Assembly: GCA_963704165.1 (NCBI GenBank)
Contig: CAVPHD010000009.1
Span: forward strand, 259,673-323,672
DNA: 64,000 nt
Direction: 5' to 3'
DNA from: an uncultured delta proteobacterium
GTDB lineage: Bacteria > Myxococcota_A > UBA9160 > SZUA-336
Below are positions 23,762 to 32,302 of this stretch, piece by piece; the first letter of the stretch is position 1, and the number at the start of each line of letters is the position of its first letter. A program made the position numbers and the translations under genes. Under the pieces are notes generated by a model that saw nothing but the letters and a program-made list of their open reading frames with translations, was not told where the DNA came from and did no database searches.

Positions 23762-25276
23762 TCAGCTGACGCTGCGGTCTCGCCCCTTCCAGAACGGTGC
23801 ACGCAGCTCGCGCTTGAGCACCTTGCCGGGTCCGGATTTCGGCAGCGGATCGATCCGGAGGTCGATCGCCTTCGGCACCTTGTAGCCGGCGATGTGCTCG
23901 CGGCAGAACGCGATCAGCACCTTGGGGTCGAGATCGCGGTGTTCTTCGCGCAAGACGACGACCGCGTGCACCGCTTCGCCCCACTTCTCGTCGGGCACGC
24001 CAAAGGCGGCGGCCTCGAGCACGCCGGGGTGTCGGTACAGGACGTCCTCGACCTCGGTCGAGTAGACGTTCTCGCCCCCGGTCACGATCATGTCCTTGCT
24101 GCGATCGACGAGGAAGACGTACCCGTCCTCGTCCATGAAGCCGAGATCTCCGGTCCAGTACGCCCCGTCCTTCAGCACCGCCGCCGTCTGCTCGGGCTTC
24201 TTCCAGTAACCCTGCATGACGTTGGGACCGCGCGCGACGACCTCGCCGATCTCGCGGCGCGCGACCTCGCGGCCGTCGGGATCGAGAATGCGCACGTCAC
24301 AGCCCGGAATCGGTCGGCCGCAGGAGCGCGCGAGCGGGCTCGCGATCCGTTTCTCTTCGCCGGTGAGCGCCGTACACAGCGGCGACAACTCCGTCGCGCC
24401 GTAGACCTCGACGAGTCCCGCGCCCGGAAATGCCTCCGCGGTGCGGCGGAGCACCTCGGTCGCGATCGGCGAGCCGCCGTGCGCGATGCTTCGCACGCTC
24501 GACACCTTCCTCGGCCGCGCGATCTGCTCCTCGGCCATGGCGGCGAGCATGGTCGGCACGCCGAGCGTGACGGTGACGCCGTGCGCCTCGATCAGATCGA
24601 GAGCCTTGCCCGGATCGAAGGCCGCGAGCGTCACCTGACTTCCGGCCGTCCAGATGTTGGCGAGAATGCCGTTCGAGCCCGCGGCGTGAAACAACGGCGC
24701 CATCAGCAGCACGACGTCGTCGGCATACTGGGGGCAGGTCGCGAGCCAGTGGTAGCTGTTCGCGATCAAGTTGCGGTGCGAGAGCATCACGCCCTTCGAC
24801 GCGCCCGTCGTGCCTCCGGTGTAGAAGAGGCCCGCGAGGTCGTCTTCGGAGACGCCCTCTCCGAGCGGGTGTGGCTTCGCCGATCTCAAGAGCGTCTCGT
24901 ACTCGTCCGGAAGCCGGACGACTCGCTCGACGAGCTTCGCGAACGGAGCCGGGTCGCGGTCCGTGATCAGGACCTTCGCGCCGGAATCCGCGATCGCGTA
25001 CTCGAGCTCGGCGTTCGCGTGCCGCGTGTTGAGCGGCACGACCACGAGCCCGCCCGCCGGAACCCCGACGTACGTCTCGACGTACTGGGAGGAGTTGGCC
25101 GAGAGGATCGCAACCCGATCCCCGTGGCCGAGCCCCATCTCGCGCAGCGCGCCGACGAGCTTCTCCGCCCGCCCCCAGAACTCGGCGAACGTGAATTCAT
25201 TCGCGCCCGAGACCAGAGCGACCTTCGACGGAGCGATCTGGACGGCGCGTCGCAGCGGATCGACGAATGTGCTCAT
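23762..25276 (-). CDS. AMP-dependent acyl-CoA synthetase/ligase
   Basis: AMP-binding motifs LFYTGGTTGASKGVMLSH and ...YWTGDLGFMDEDGYVFLVDRSKDMI. Start set at ATG 25276 (MSTFVDPLRR...) inside the 535-aa tracked ORF. Confidence 0.9.
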   Translation of the reverse strand: MSTFVDPLRRAVQIAPSKVALVSGANEFTFAEFWGRAEKLVGALREMGLGHGDRVAILSANSSQYVETYVGVPAGGLVVVPLNTRHANAELEYAIADSGAKVLITDRDPAPFAKLVERVVRLPDEYETLLRSAKPHPLGEGVSEDDLAGLFYTGGTTGASKGVMLSHRNLIANSYHWLATCPQYADDVVLLMAPLFHAAGSNGILANIWTAGSQVTLAAFDPGKALDLIEAHGVTVTLGVPTMLAAMAEEQIARPRKVSSVRSIAHGGSPIATEVLRRTAEAFPGAGLVEVYGATELSPLCTALTGEEKRIASPLARSCGRPIPGCDVRILDPDGREVARREIGEVVARGPNVMQGYWKKPEQTAAVLKDGAYWTGDLGFMDEDGYVFLVDRSKDMIVTGGENVYSTEVEDVLYRHPGVLEAAAFGVPDEKWGEAVHAVVVLREEHRDLDPKVLIAFCREHIAGYKVPKAIDLRIDPLPKSGPGKVLKRELRAPFWKGRDRSVS

Positions 25277-25433
25277 CGCGCTCTCTCTCCCTGCACCGAG
25301 GGCGACATTCCATCTGTCTCCCGCTCGAAGCCTAGACGAGATGGACCATCTCGACCACGGGGCACCCATCGTGGTGTCGTGCGATCATCACGCGCGTGAA
25401 CGGCGATGGCGCGGGCGAGCGTGAGGCGGTGGT

Positions 25434-26126
25434 TTGATCCGAATCGCTCTCGGCGTTCTGCTCGTCGGACTGGTCGCGCTGCTCTGGGCCACCGGCTTCT
25501 TCGCGTGGGTGCAGGACGTCGAGCAGGTGCGCGCGGCCCTCGACGGACTCGGACCCTGGGCTCCGGTCCTCTACGTCCTCGCGTTCTCGCTGCTCGAGCC
25601 GCTCTTCGTTCCCGCGATCGTCTTCATCATTCCGGGCGCGGTCATCTTCCCCTACTGGCAGCTTCTCTTGCTCTCGTGGCTCGGCGCGGTGGGCGCCGGT
25701 GTGGTCGGCTTCGGGTACGCCCGGACCCTGGGACGCGGGTTCGTCGACCGCCACCTTCCTCCCGCTCTGCGAAGATATGACGACCGTCTGGCGCGCAACG
25801 GGCTGCGCACGGTGATCTTCGTCCGACTCACTCTCTTCCTGGCTCCACCCGCGCACTGGTTGCTCGGCCTGTCGCGCGTCGACTTCAAGAGCTTCCTGGT
25901 CGGGACCGCGATCGGCTTCGTGCCCGGCATCGCGTTGCTGACCTACGTCGTGGCCTTCGTCGGCGGATCGGTCCTCGATGGGCTCGGCGACCAGCCGAGG
26001 CACGTGTGGGTCGGAGTGGCGGCGGCGCTTGCGCTCGTCTGGGTCGCAGCGCGGATGCTGCGATCGCAGCGTCGGCGCTCCGCGGACGCCGGAACCGATC
26101 GCGACCCGATCGCCCCGCGTCGCTAG
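25434..26126 (+). CDS. TVP38/TMEM64 (DedA-superfamily) membrane protein
   Basis: 230-aa polytopic ORF ...PWAPVLYVLAFSLLEPLFVPAIVFIIPGAVIF...; TTG start. Confidence 0.7.
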   Translation: MIRIALGVLLVGLVALLWATGFFAWVQDVEQVRAALDGLGPWAPVLYVLAFSLLEPLFVPAIVFIIPGAVIFPYWQLLLLSWLGAVGAGVVGFGYARTLGRGFVDRHLPPALRRYDDRLARNGLRTVIFVRLTLFLAPPAHWLLGLSRVDFKSFLVGTAIGFVPGIALLTYVVAFVGGSVLDGLGDQPRHVWVGVAAALALVWVAARMLRSQRRRSADAGTDRDPIAPRR

Positions 26127-27046
26127 TTCGCGGCGGCCATGGCCTCCGATTCGATCCATTCCGCGATCCGATCGGGAATCTCCATCGGCAGGAAATGCGT
26201 TCGGTCCGCCAGGTGGATCTCGCGACCGAACCGGAACTCGCCCGCGAGCCCGGGCCACGTCGGAGACGACGAGAAGTCCATCGTGTCTCGCCGTTCCGGC
26301 GGTCGTCGGGCGCGCAGCACCAGCACCGGAATCTCGAGCGCGCGAATGGCCTCGTGCACGCGCGCGTTCGTGCGGCTCGTCATGTAGATGCTCGCCTCGA
26401 TCTCGGGCGGGCAGGCGAGCCGAAATCCTTCGCCATCGTCCTCGGGCAGGAGACCGTACGTGCAGTAGTCGCGAAGCGCCTCGGGATGGAAGACCGAGTA
26501 CGGCGCGCGGTCGCGGAAGCGCTCGATCATCTCCTCCGGGCTCGCGAAGTGGCGCTTTCGCTTGACCGTCGGATGCGGCTCGCCGTCCGGGCTCGTGATC
26601 GTCCAGCCGCCCGCGCCGTACTCGTCGGGCGAGGCGATCACGGGATCGATCAGCACGAGACTCCGGAAGCGATCGGGGCACGCGGCGGCCGCCTCGACCA
26701 TCGCGTGGCCACCCATCGAATGACCGACGCCCTGAAGGTCCCACAGATCGAGCACGCGGACGAACTCCGCCAGATCCTCGCCGAACACTTTCCAGTGTCG
26801 GATCTCGGTGGCCTCGCTGCGGCCGTGGCCACGCTGATCGACCGAGATCACGTGGCGCGGGCCGAGCCGGCGGATCACCGCATCCCAGCAGCGCGCGTGA
26901 AAACCCGTCGCGTGCGCGAGCAGGAGCGTCGGAAGGCGCCCGCGTTCCTTTCGTCCCCACTCGAAATGGCAGAGCTCGATCCCGTTCACGCGCACACGAT
27001 GCTCGGTAGGTCGCTCGGCCGCGCTCGAAGGATCGTCTGGGGTCAT
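26123..27046 (-). CDS. alpha/beta-fold hydrolase
   Basis: ...LLLAHATGFHARCWD...VDQRGHGRS...LQGVGHSMGGHAMV (nucleophile elbow GHSMG). ATG 27046 is preferred over the tracked start 27097, which would overlap the upstream gene. Confidence 0.85.
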   Translation of the reverse strand: MTPDDPSSAAERPTEHRVRVNGIELCHFEWGRKERGRLPTLLLAHATGFHARCWDAVIRRLGPRHVISVDQRGHGRSEATEIRHWKVFGEDLAEFVRVLDLWDLQGVGHSMGGHAMVEAAAACPDRFRSLVLIDPVIASPDEYGAGGWTITSPDGEPHPTVKRKRHFASPEEMIERFRDRAPYSVFHPEALRDYCTYGLLPEDDGEGFRLACPPEIEASIYMTSRTNARVHEAIRALEIPVLVLRARRPPERRDTMDFSSSPTWPGLAGEFRFGREIHLADRTHFLPMEIPDRIAEWIESEAMAAAN

Positions 27047-27065
27047 CGAAAGCTCCAGCGGCAGT

Positions 27066-27485
27066 TCAGCGGGTCGGGGGCGCCGAGGCGCCGGCAAGGC
27101 GCAAGACGGTCTCGACGATGAGCTCGGGATCCGCGGCCGGACCGAACGCGGCCGCGACGCCGCGGGCCTGCACCGCGCGCGCGTCGGCGGGAGTGATGAC
27201 CGATCCCCCGAGGACGATCGGCACGTCGAGGTTCAGGTCTCGAAGCCGGTCGCGAAGCTCGTCGAGATACTCGAGATACTCCCACGAGTGACACGAAAGG
27301 CCGATCACGTCGACGCCCTCCTGCAGGGCGGCTGCGGCGATGCCCTCGGGCAGGTTGAAACGGCCGAGGTAGACGACCTCCATCCCCGCGTCGCGAAGCA
27401 GGCGCGCGACCGCGATGGCGCCGGCCTCGTGCTGGTCCATTCCGAGCATGCCGAGCAGCACGCGTTTGGAGGCGGATGCCGTCAC
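27066..27485 (-). CDS. cobalamin (B12)-binding small subunit of a split acyl-CoA mutase
   Basis: GTG 27483-27485 (GTGA overlap with the large-subunit stop). The product VTASASKRVLLGMLGMDQHEAGAIAVARLL...IGLSC...VPIVLGGSVI carries the DxHxxG base-off/His-on motif and the GG motif. Confidence 0.85.
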   Translation of the reverse strand: MTASASKRVLLGMLGMDQHEAGAIAVARLLRDAGMEVVYLGRFNLPEGIAAAALQEGVDVIGLSCHSWEYLEYLDELRDRLRDLNLDVPIVLGGSVITPADARAVQARGVAAAFGPAADPELIVETVLRLAGASAPPTR

Positions 27486-29131
27486 CCGCGCGACCCGCTG
27501 CCGGGAGTGAACGGGTCGGCCGGACGTCCGTAGGCGACGCGAAGCGATGCGGCAATCTCGCCCAGGGTCGCGCCCGCCTCGAGCGCATCGACCAGGCCCG
27601 GCATCAGGTTCTCGTCGCGAAGCGCGGCCAGCGCGCCGAGCGCCGCCAGACTCTCGCTCGACCTCGCGGCATCGCGCGTGCTCTTGTGGTGACGGATCTC
27701 GTCGATGCGCCCGCGGAAGGGTTCGAGCTTTCCCTCGACCACGTCGCGAAGCAACACGTCCTCTTCCTCGGGGATCTGAAAGCAGTTGACGCCCACTCGA
27801 GCGACGTTGCCGTCCGAGACCCCGCGCGCCTCGCGCTCCATCGCGTCGCGGAAGACACCGCGGAACCAGCCGCCGTCCACCAACGCCGCCGGGTCGCCCA
27901 TCGCCTCGATCTGCGCCACGCGCGCCTCGATGCGTCGCTCGATCTCGTCGGTGAGCGACTCGACGAAGTACGACCCGCCGAGCGGATCCTGAACACGCCC
28001 GGCGCGCGCCTCGAGATCGACGATCTGCTGCGTGCGCAGGGCGACCGCGTGCGCTTCCGGACTCGGCGTGCGGAAAGCTTCGTCGAACGCCGAGACCTCG
28101 ATCGCCTGGACGCCGGAGAGCGCAAGCGCGAAGGCCTGGATCGCGCCGCGCACGATGTTGTTCACCGGCTGCTGCGCGGTGAGCGACATCCCCGAGGTAT
28201 GGACCGTCACGTTCACCGCGAGCGAGCGCGGATCGCGCGCGCCGAACTCGTCGCGCATCATTCGGGCGTAGAGTCGGCGCGTGGCGCGGATCTTGGCGAT
28301 CTCCTCGAAGACGTCCATTCGGCAGTTCACGAGGAACGCGATGCGCGGCGCGAAGCGGTCCACCGGCACGCCGCGACGCAAGAGCTCGCGGATCAAACCG
28401 CGCGTCTCGACGAAGCCGAACGCCATCTCGTCGACCGCGTCGAGCGCGCCATCGCTGATGTAGTAGGTGTCCTCGAGGAACGCGTGGAAACGCGGCATCG
28501 TCTCGGCGCTGAACGCGATCGAGTCCGCGGCGAGCCGCAGCCGCAGCTCGAACGGCATGTGCACGGCGTAGCCGGTGTCCTCGCAGTAGTAGGGGACCTG
28601 GATCACCGAGCCGCGGAGCCGGTCGGGCGCGACGCCCCGCCGCCGCGCCACGCAAAAGAGCGCGGCGATGGTGATCGGCGCGGGCAGCGAGTGGGAGAGC
28701 GTGATCTCCCCGAGCGGCAGGCCGCGGTAGAGCTCGTCGAAATCGTCGAGGCGACAGAGCGAGACGCCTTGCGTGCCGATCGCGTGGCGCGCGAGCGCGT
28801 GGTCGGGATCCATCCACGCCATCGTCGGCGCGTCGCCGATCACGTCGAGCCCGCTCTGGCCGTGCGAGAGCAGCTGCCGGAGCTGCGCGTTGGAGCGCGC
28901 GGGATCCCCCTCGCCCGAGAGCTCGCGCTGCACCCAACCGCGACGAGACGCGGAAGGCGGCCGAACGCCGCGTGTGAACGGATAGGCGCCGGGATCGCCG
29001 AGGCGCGATGCGTAGTCCGACTCGGCGACGGACTCGGGCCGGTAGAACGGCTCGACCGGCACGCCGGAGTGGGTGCGGCCCGCAGCGTCCGCCGGAGGCG
29101 TCGGCTCCGGTGTGGGCGCGGCGCGATTCAC
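27482..29131 (-). CDS. methylmalonyl-CoA mutase-family large (substrate-binding TIM-barrel) subunit, divergent
   Basis: 549-aa ORF that I could align by eye with MCM/ICM alpha subunits as I recall them (..YPFTRG...W.QRE...GQSGLDV..D.PT...HTSGMSLTAQQPVNNIVRGAIQA..). It has atypical residues at the substrate-specificity positions. Confidence 0.8.
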   Translation of the reverse strand: MNRAAPTPEPTPPADAAGRTHSGVPVEPFYRPESVAESDYASRLGDPGAYPFTRGVRPPSASRRGWVQRELSGEGDPARSNAQLRQLLSHGQSGLDVIGDAPTMAWMDPDHALARHAIGTQGVSLCRLDDFDELYRGLPLGEITLSHSLPAPITIAALFCVARRRGVAPDRLRGSVIQVPYYCEDTGYAVHMPFELRLRLAADSIAFSAETMPRFHAFLEDTYYISDGALDAVDEMAFGFVETRGLIRELLRRGVPVDRFAPRIAFLVNCRMDVFEEIAKIRATRRLYARMMRDEFGARDPRSLAVNVTVHTSGMSLTAQQPVNNIVRGAIQAFALALSGVQAIEVSAFDEAFRTPSPEAHAVALRTQQIVDLEARAGRVQDPLGGSYFVESLTDEIERRIEARVAQIEAMGDPAALVDGGWFRGVFRDAMEREARGVSDGNVARVGVNCFQIPEEEDVLLRDVVEGKLEPFRGRIDEIRHHKSTRDAARSSESLAALGALAALRDENLMPGLVDALEAGATLGEIAASLRVAYGRPADPFTPGSGSRG

Positions 29132-29278
29132 GGCGACAGGGTCTCAGGAGACGCCGGCCGGGGCTATGACAGGGGTCATAGCTCGGTGTGTCGGACGGGG
29201 CCGATCGCGTCGCAGCGGGCAGCCCGATCGCCCCGAGAATGTGCTCTTCTATCCGTCGAACCGAGGAGGGCCGCGGAT

Positions 29279-29737
29279 GTGAAGCTCTCGAAACCCGGCA
29301 TTCTTCTCGCGCTCGCGATCGCGGCCTTCGCCGCGATCCCCGGGTGCGATCGACCGCTCGTGCTGATCCCGGGCGGAGTCCTCGAAGGCCCGACGGTTCC
29401 GGTCCCCGACCGCTGGTCGTTCACGGACGAGGTGAACACCGTGCAGCTCGAGACGAATCCCCAAGCCCCCTACTCCGTGAACATCTGGGTGGTCGCAATC
29501 GATCCGAGCCTGTACGTCCACGCTGGAGCGAATCGCAGCACCTGGGTCGAGAACATGGAGGCGGATCCGAACGTGCGACTGCGCGTGGGCGAATCGATCT
29601 ACGCGCTCGCCGCCGCGCGGGTGGTCGAACAGGCGGAGTTCGATCGCTTCAGTGACGCCTACGAGAAGAAGTACGGACGCCGCCCGCGCAACGAGAACGT
29701 CGCCGAGGCCTACCTGTTCCGACTCGGGTCGCGATGA
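29279..29737 (+). CDS. hypothetical lipoprotein (possibly split-beta-barrel, PPOX/DUF385-like)
   Basis: GTG 29279, 8 nt after GAGGAGGG. Signal peptide with a lipobox-like AIPGC. The C-terminal ...NIWVVAIDPSLYVHAGANRSTWVENMEADPNVRLRVGESIYAL..FDRFSDAYEKKYG is only loosely reminiscent of deazaflavin-dependent reductase folds. Confidence 0.55.
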   Translation: MKLSKPGILLALAIAAFAAIPGCDRPLVLIPGGVLEGPTVPVPDRWSFTDEVNTVQLETNPQAPYSVNIWVVAIDPSLYVHAGANRSTWVENMEADPNVRLRVGESIYALAAARVVEQAEFDRFSDAYEKKYGRRPRNENVAEAYLFRLGSR

Positions 29738-29852
29738 ACCCCGGCGACCGAGGAGTCCCCGAGTCGTGGAGCCCGTCTGTCTCGTCATCGGCGCGGGAGC
29801 CGGTCACCCGCGACGCGTCAGCGCTGCGAGGAATCGCGACGCCCCGCCGACC

Positions 29853-30158
29853 TCATCCATGGTGCTTCTCTTCAAGGCTTGCGATCGGCTTGTCGCTGAA
29901 CAGGTAGTCCCGAAGCTCCTTGTCGAAACTCTTGTCTCTTCGACGAATCCACTCGAGAAGCATGGAGGCGTGCTCTTTCTCCTCGTCCCGGTTGTGAGCC
30001 AGGATCGCCTTGAGCTCCCCGTCCTTGGCCGCATCGACTCGCTGGTTGTACCAGTCGACCGCCTCGAGCTCCTCCATGAGCGAGACGATCGCGCGGTGCA
30101 TGTCGCGCGTCGCCTCCGAAAGATCCGATCGTTCCTCGTGTAGCCCCTCACTGGCCAT
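29853..30158 (-). CDS. encapsulated-ferritin (EncFtn)-like ferroxidase, short form without a recognisable targeting peptide
   Basis: 101-aa ORF. RDMHRAIVSLMEELEAVDWYNQRVDAAKDGELKAILAHNRDEEKEHASMLLEWIRRRD matches, as far as I recall it, the Rhodospirillum rubrum EncFtn core, including the Glu/Glu/His ferroxidase residues. AAGGAG RBS 8 nt upstream. Confidence 0.8.
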   Translation of the reverse strand: MASEGLHEERSDLSEATRDMHRAIVSLMEELEAVDWYNQRVDAAKDGELKAILAHNRDEEKEHASMLLEWIRRRDKSFDKELRDYLFSDKPIASLEEKHHG

Positions 30159-30236
30159 TGCTGATTCTCCTTTCCGTTGGAAATGTGACTCGACAGATGC
30201 GTGATGATTGTCCGCCCCGGACGATCCGGGTAGCTC

Positions 30237-30980
30237 CTAGGGCTCAAGAACGATCCGGATGACCCAGAGGAGGCCGATGCCTGCGACAAAGGACGCGAAG
30301 TGGAGCACGTTCCTTCCGAAGTCCCGGTGCTTGTTGACCTCCGGCACCAGATCCGACGCTCCGATGTAGAGAAAGTTGCCGGCTGCGAAGGGAACGAGAA
30401 ATCCCACTTCGATCCGCTCCGAAGCCGCGTAGGCGACGAGCCCCCCGACCAGAAAGGTCAGTCCAGAGGCGCCGTTGAGGAGCAGCGCCGTCGTCTTGCT
30501 CCAGCCGCCGTGGATCAGCACGCCGAAGTCGCCGAGCTCCTGCGGGATCTCGTGTGCAGCGGCGGCGAGCCAGGCGGCGAGTCCGAGCCGAACGTCGATC
30601 AGGAAGACACCCGCGACGCCGAGCCCTCCAAGGAAGTTGTGTAGACCGTCGCCGAGAAGGATGAGGTAGGTGAGGGGCTTCTTGCAGTCGGAGGAAGCCC
30701 GGTGGCAGTGGTGCCAATGGAGGAATTGCTCGAGCGCGAAGAAGAGTGCGAAGCCGATCAGGACCCACAAGAAGACGGTCGGGTCGGCTTGGGTTTCCTG
30801 AATGGCTGCCGGGAGCATGTGGAAGAAGGCCCCACCGAGCAGCGAGCCTGCCGCGAAGGCAACCAGAGGCATGATGATCCGGTCCAGGGCGGCTTTGCTC
30901 AGGAAGAGCGTCACACTCCCCACGAGCGCGATCGCACTCATCAGCACGCCGCCCGCGAGGATCCACCAGAAGGTGTCCAC
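30237..30980 (-). CDS. ZIP-family (ZupT-like) divalent metal permease
   Basis: 247-aa polytopic ORF with HEIPQELGDFGVLIHGG and ...LGDGLHNFLGG... motifs. GTG start preceded by GAGGAGGGG. Confidence 0.88.
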   Translation of the reverse strand: MDTFWWILAGGVLMSAIALVGSVTLFLSKAALDRIIMPLVAFAAGSLLGGAFFHMLPAAIQETQADPTVFLWVLIGFALFFALEQFLHWHHCHRASSDCKKPLTYLILLGDGLHNFLGGLGVAGVFLIDVRLGLAAWLAAAAHEIPQELGDFGVLIHGGWSKTTALLLNGASGLTFLVGGLVAYAASERIEVGFLVPFAAGNFLYIGASDLVPEVNKHRDFGRNVLHFASFVAGIGLLWVIRIVLEP

Positions 30981-31056
30981 CGAGTCCCCTCCTCGTCAGC
31001 ACCCTGAGGTCTCCTGACAGCGGACGCTACAGGTTACCAGGCGAAACGGGTGGCGC

Positions 31057-31144
31057 CCGGCTCCGGAGCCGGTGCGGCTGCTCGGCTCCACGGCCGGTGT
31101 TACTTTGCCCGATCCGGGCAAGCCGCCGACCTCCAAGGCTTGCC
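31057..31144. promoter_or_regulatory. structured core of the ZIP/DUF2202 divergent intergenic region (palindrome plus overlapping alternative hairpins)
   Basis: Perfect 16-bp palindrome CCGGCTCCGGAGCCGG (31057-31072). Hairpin TTGCCCG-atc-CGGGCAA (31105-31121) shares its 3' arm with a second inverted repeat GGCAAGCC-12 nt-GGCTTGCC (31117-31144). Confidence 0.35.
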
Positions 31145-31301
31145 GGCGAGGCTGCGGCCGAGAGAGGAGCATGGATGGAGGCGAAGGGCACCCAGCCCAG
31201 GGCGAACCCGCCGTCGCTTCATGGGCGAGGGGCCTCGTGGGTGACAACGGTGAGGTGGGGAAGAACCCCGTGATGGCTGAAGGCGGGAGGGAGAAGAACC
31301 C

Positions 31302-31802
31302 ATGACGATGACACTGGAGCAAGCTCTCATTGCAGCGCTCGATGACGAGTATCGCGCGCGGGCAACGTACCGCGCCGTGCTCGCTGCCTACGGCGACGTA
31401 CGGCCGTTCGTCAACATCATCGAATCCGAAGAGCGCCACATCCAGGCCCTGATGCGCCTCTTCGAGCGCTACGGAATCGCGATTCCGCAGGATCCCTGGC
31501 CCGCCCGCGTTTCGGCACCGGAGTCCCTCGAAGCTGCCTGCGAAGCGGCGCTCGGGGCCGAGCGCGAGAACGGGGCGCTCTACGAGAAACTGGTGGATGC
31601 GGCCGGGGGTCGCGCCGACGTGGAGGAGACCTTCCGGCATCTGCTCACGGCCTCCCAGGAGAACCACCTGCCGGCCTTCGAGCGGGCGCTCGAGCGGGAG
31701 CGGCGAGGCGGAGGCGGGCGCGAGCCGCATGGAGCAGGTCGGGGACGCCGACAGCGGCACCGGGGCGGAAGAAGTGGGAACCGGGGGCCGGAGAAGTCCT
31801 GA
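31302..31802 (+). CDS. DUF2202-type ferritin-like domain protein with a Gly/Arg-rich tail
   Basis: 166-aa ORF MTMTLEQALIAALDDEYRARATYRAVLAAYGDVRPFVNIIESEERHIQALMRLFERYGIAIP...ENHLPAFERALER, then GGGGREPHGAGRGRRQRHRGGRSGNRG. Confidence 0.7.
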   Translation: MTMTLEQALIAALDDEYRARATYRAVLAAYGDVRPFVNIIESEERHIQALMRLFERYGIAIPQDPWPARVSAPESLEAACEAALGAERENGALYEKLVDAAGGRADVEETFRHLLTASQENHLPAFERALERERRGGGGREPHGAGRGRRQRHRGGRSGNRGPEKS

Positions 31803-31890
31803 AGGATCGGCACCCTCGCGCGGATGGATTTTCGTAGACGCGGGACGCCGCTGCTCCCGCACCTGAAGCTCTGTGTCATTCGGTCGATGA

Positions 31891-32302
31891 AGGCCGCACA
31901 CGAAGGAACTCTCGGCCGACCACCCCAGATCTACCAAGACCAGATCGCTGCGCTTCAACCTCGCGTATGCGGAAGGCTTCGAAACCCTCACGATGAATCT
32001 CGTCAAGCGCGTGATGGAGCCGTTCACCAAGTGGGTGCGACGCGTGGTGAAGTACAGGATGTCCGTGCGTCCGCCACCGAAGCCCGGCACGGGGGAGAAG
32101 GCGGAACCGAAGAAGACATTCCGGATACCCCAACCCTCCAGGGCCCCGCGATCTACTCTCGGGGCTGCTCCGCATCTACGTGTCGAGTTACACGGCCCAC
32201 GATGTCGAGATCGCACCGGGGATGCAGGCGCCCGCTGACGAGTACAGTGAGTTGGCGCTTGAGACGGCCTCGATCCAGACATCGTCGCTCAAGACACCCT
32301 GA
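31891..32302 (+). pseudogene. degenerate ORF of unknown family; the coding signal switches frame
   Basis: A third-position G+C excess (about 83% by hand count) marks one frame for 31921-32100 (..SLRFNLAYAEGFETLTMNLVKRVMEPFTKWVRRVVKYRMSVRPPPKPGTGEKAEPKKTFRIP). The signal then moves to the +1 frame (..LLSGLLRIYVSSYTAHDVEIAPGMQAPADEYSELALETASIQTSSLKTP*). There is no canonical start, I recognise no family, and the strand is not certain. Confidence 0.25.

Noticed and set aside
30201-30230. A Fur/Zur-box-like sequence (minus strand GACAATCATCAC) and a CCCGGA-cga-TCCGGG hairpin in the 78-nt ZIP-EncFtn spacer.
   Set aside because: Only about 10 of 13 positions match the Fur half-consensus as I recall it, no second half-site is present, and the location between two co-oriented genes is atypical for an operator. 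The hairpin lacks a U-tract. Both are kept as notes only.
31020-31301. Assigning the structured leader to a known riboswitch class (cobalamin, NiCo/czcD, yybP-ykoY Mn).
   Set aside because: I could not find the diagnostic conserved cores of these classes as I remember them, such as the B12 box or the GGGGAGUAG-type yybP core. This needs an Rfam covariance-model scan rather than reading by eye.
30996-32282. A 428-aa minus-strand ORF covering the ZIP/DUF2202 intergenic region, the DUF2202 gene (antisense) and the degenerate region.
   Set aside because: It runs antisense through a recognisable DUF2202 ORF and through structured non-coding DNA, and I recognised no motifs. Only its 31.9-32.1 kb portion shares the wobble phase with the possible plus-strand remnant, so strand ambiguity is noted there but the long ORF as a whole is not credible.
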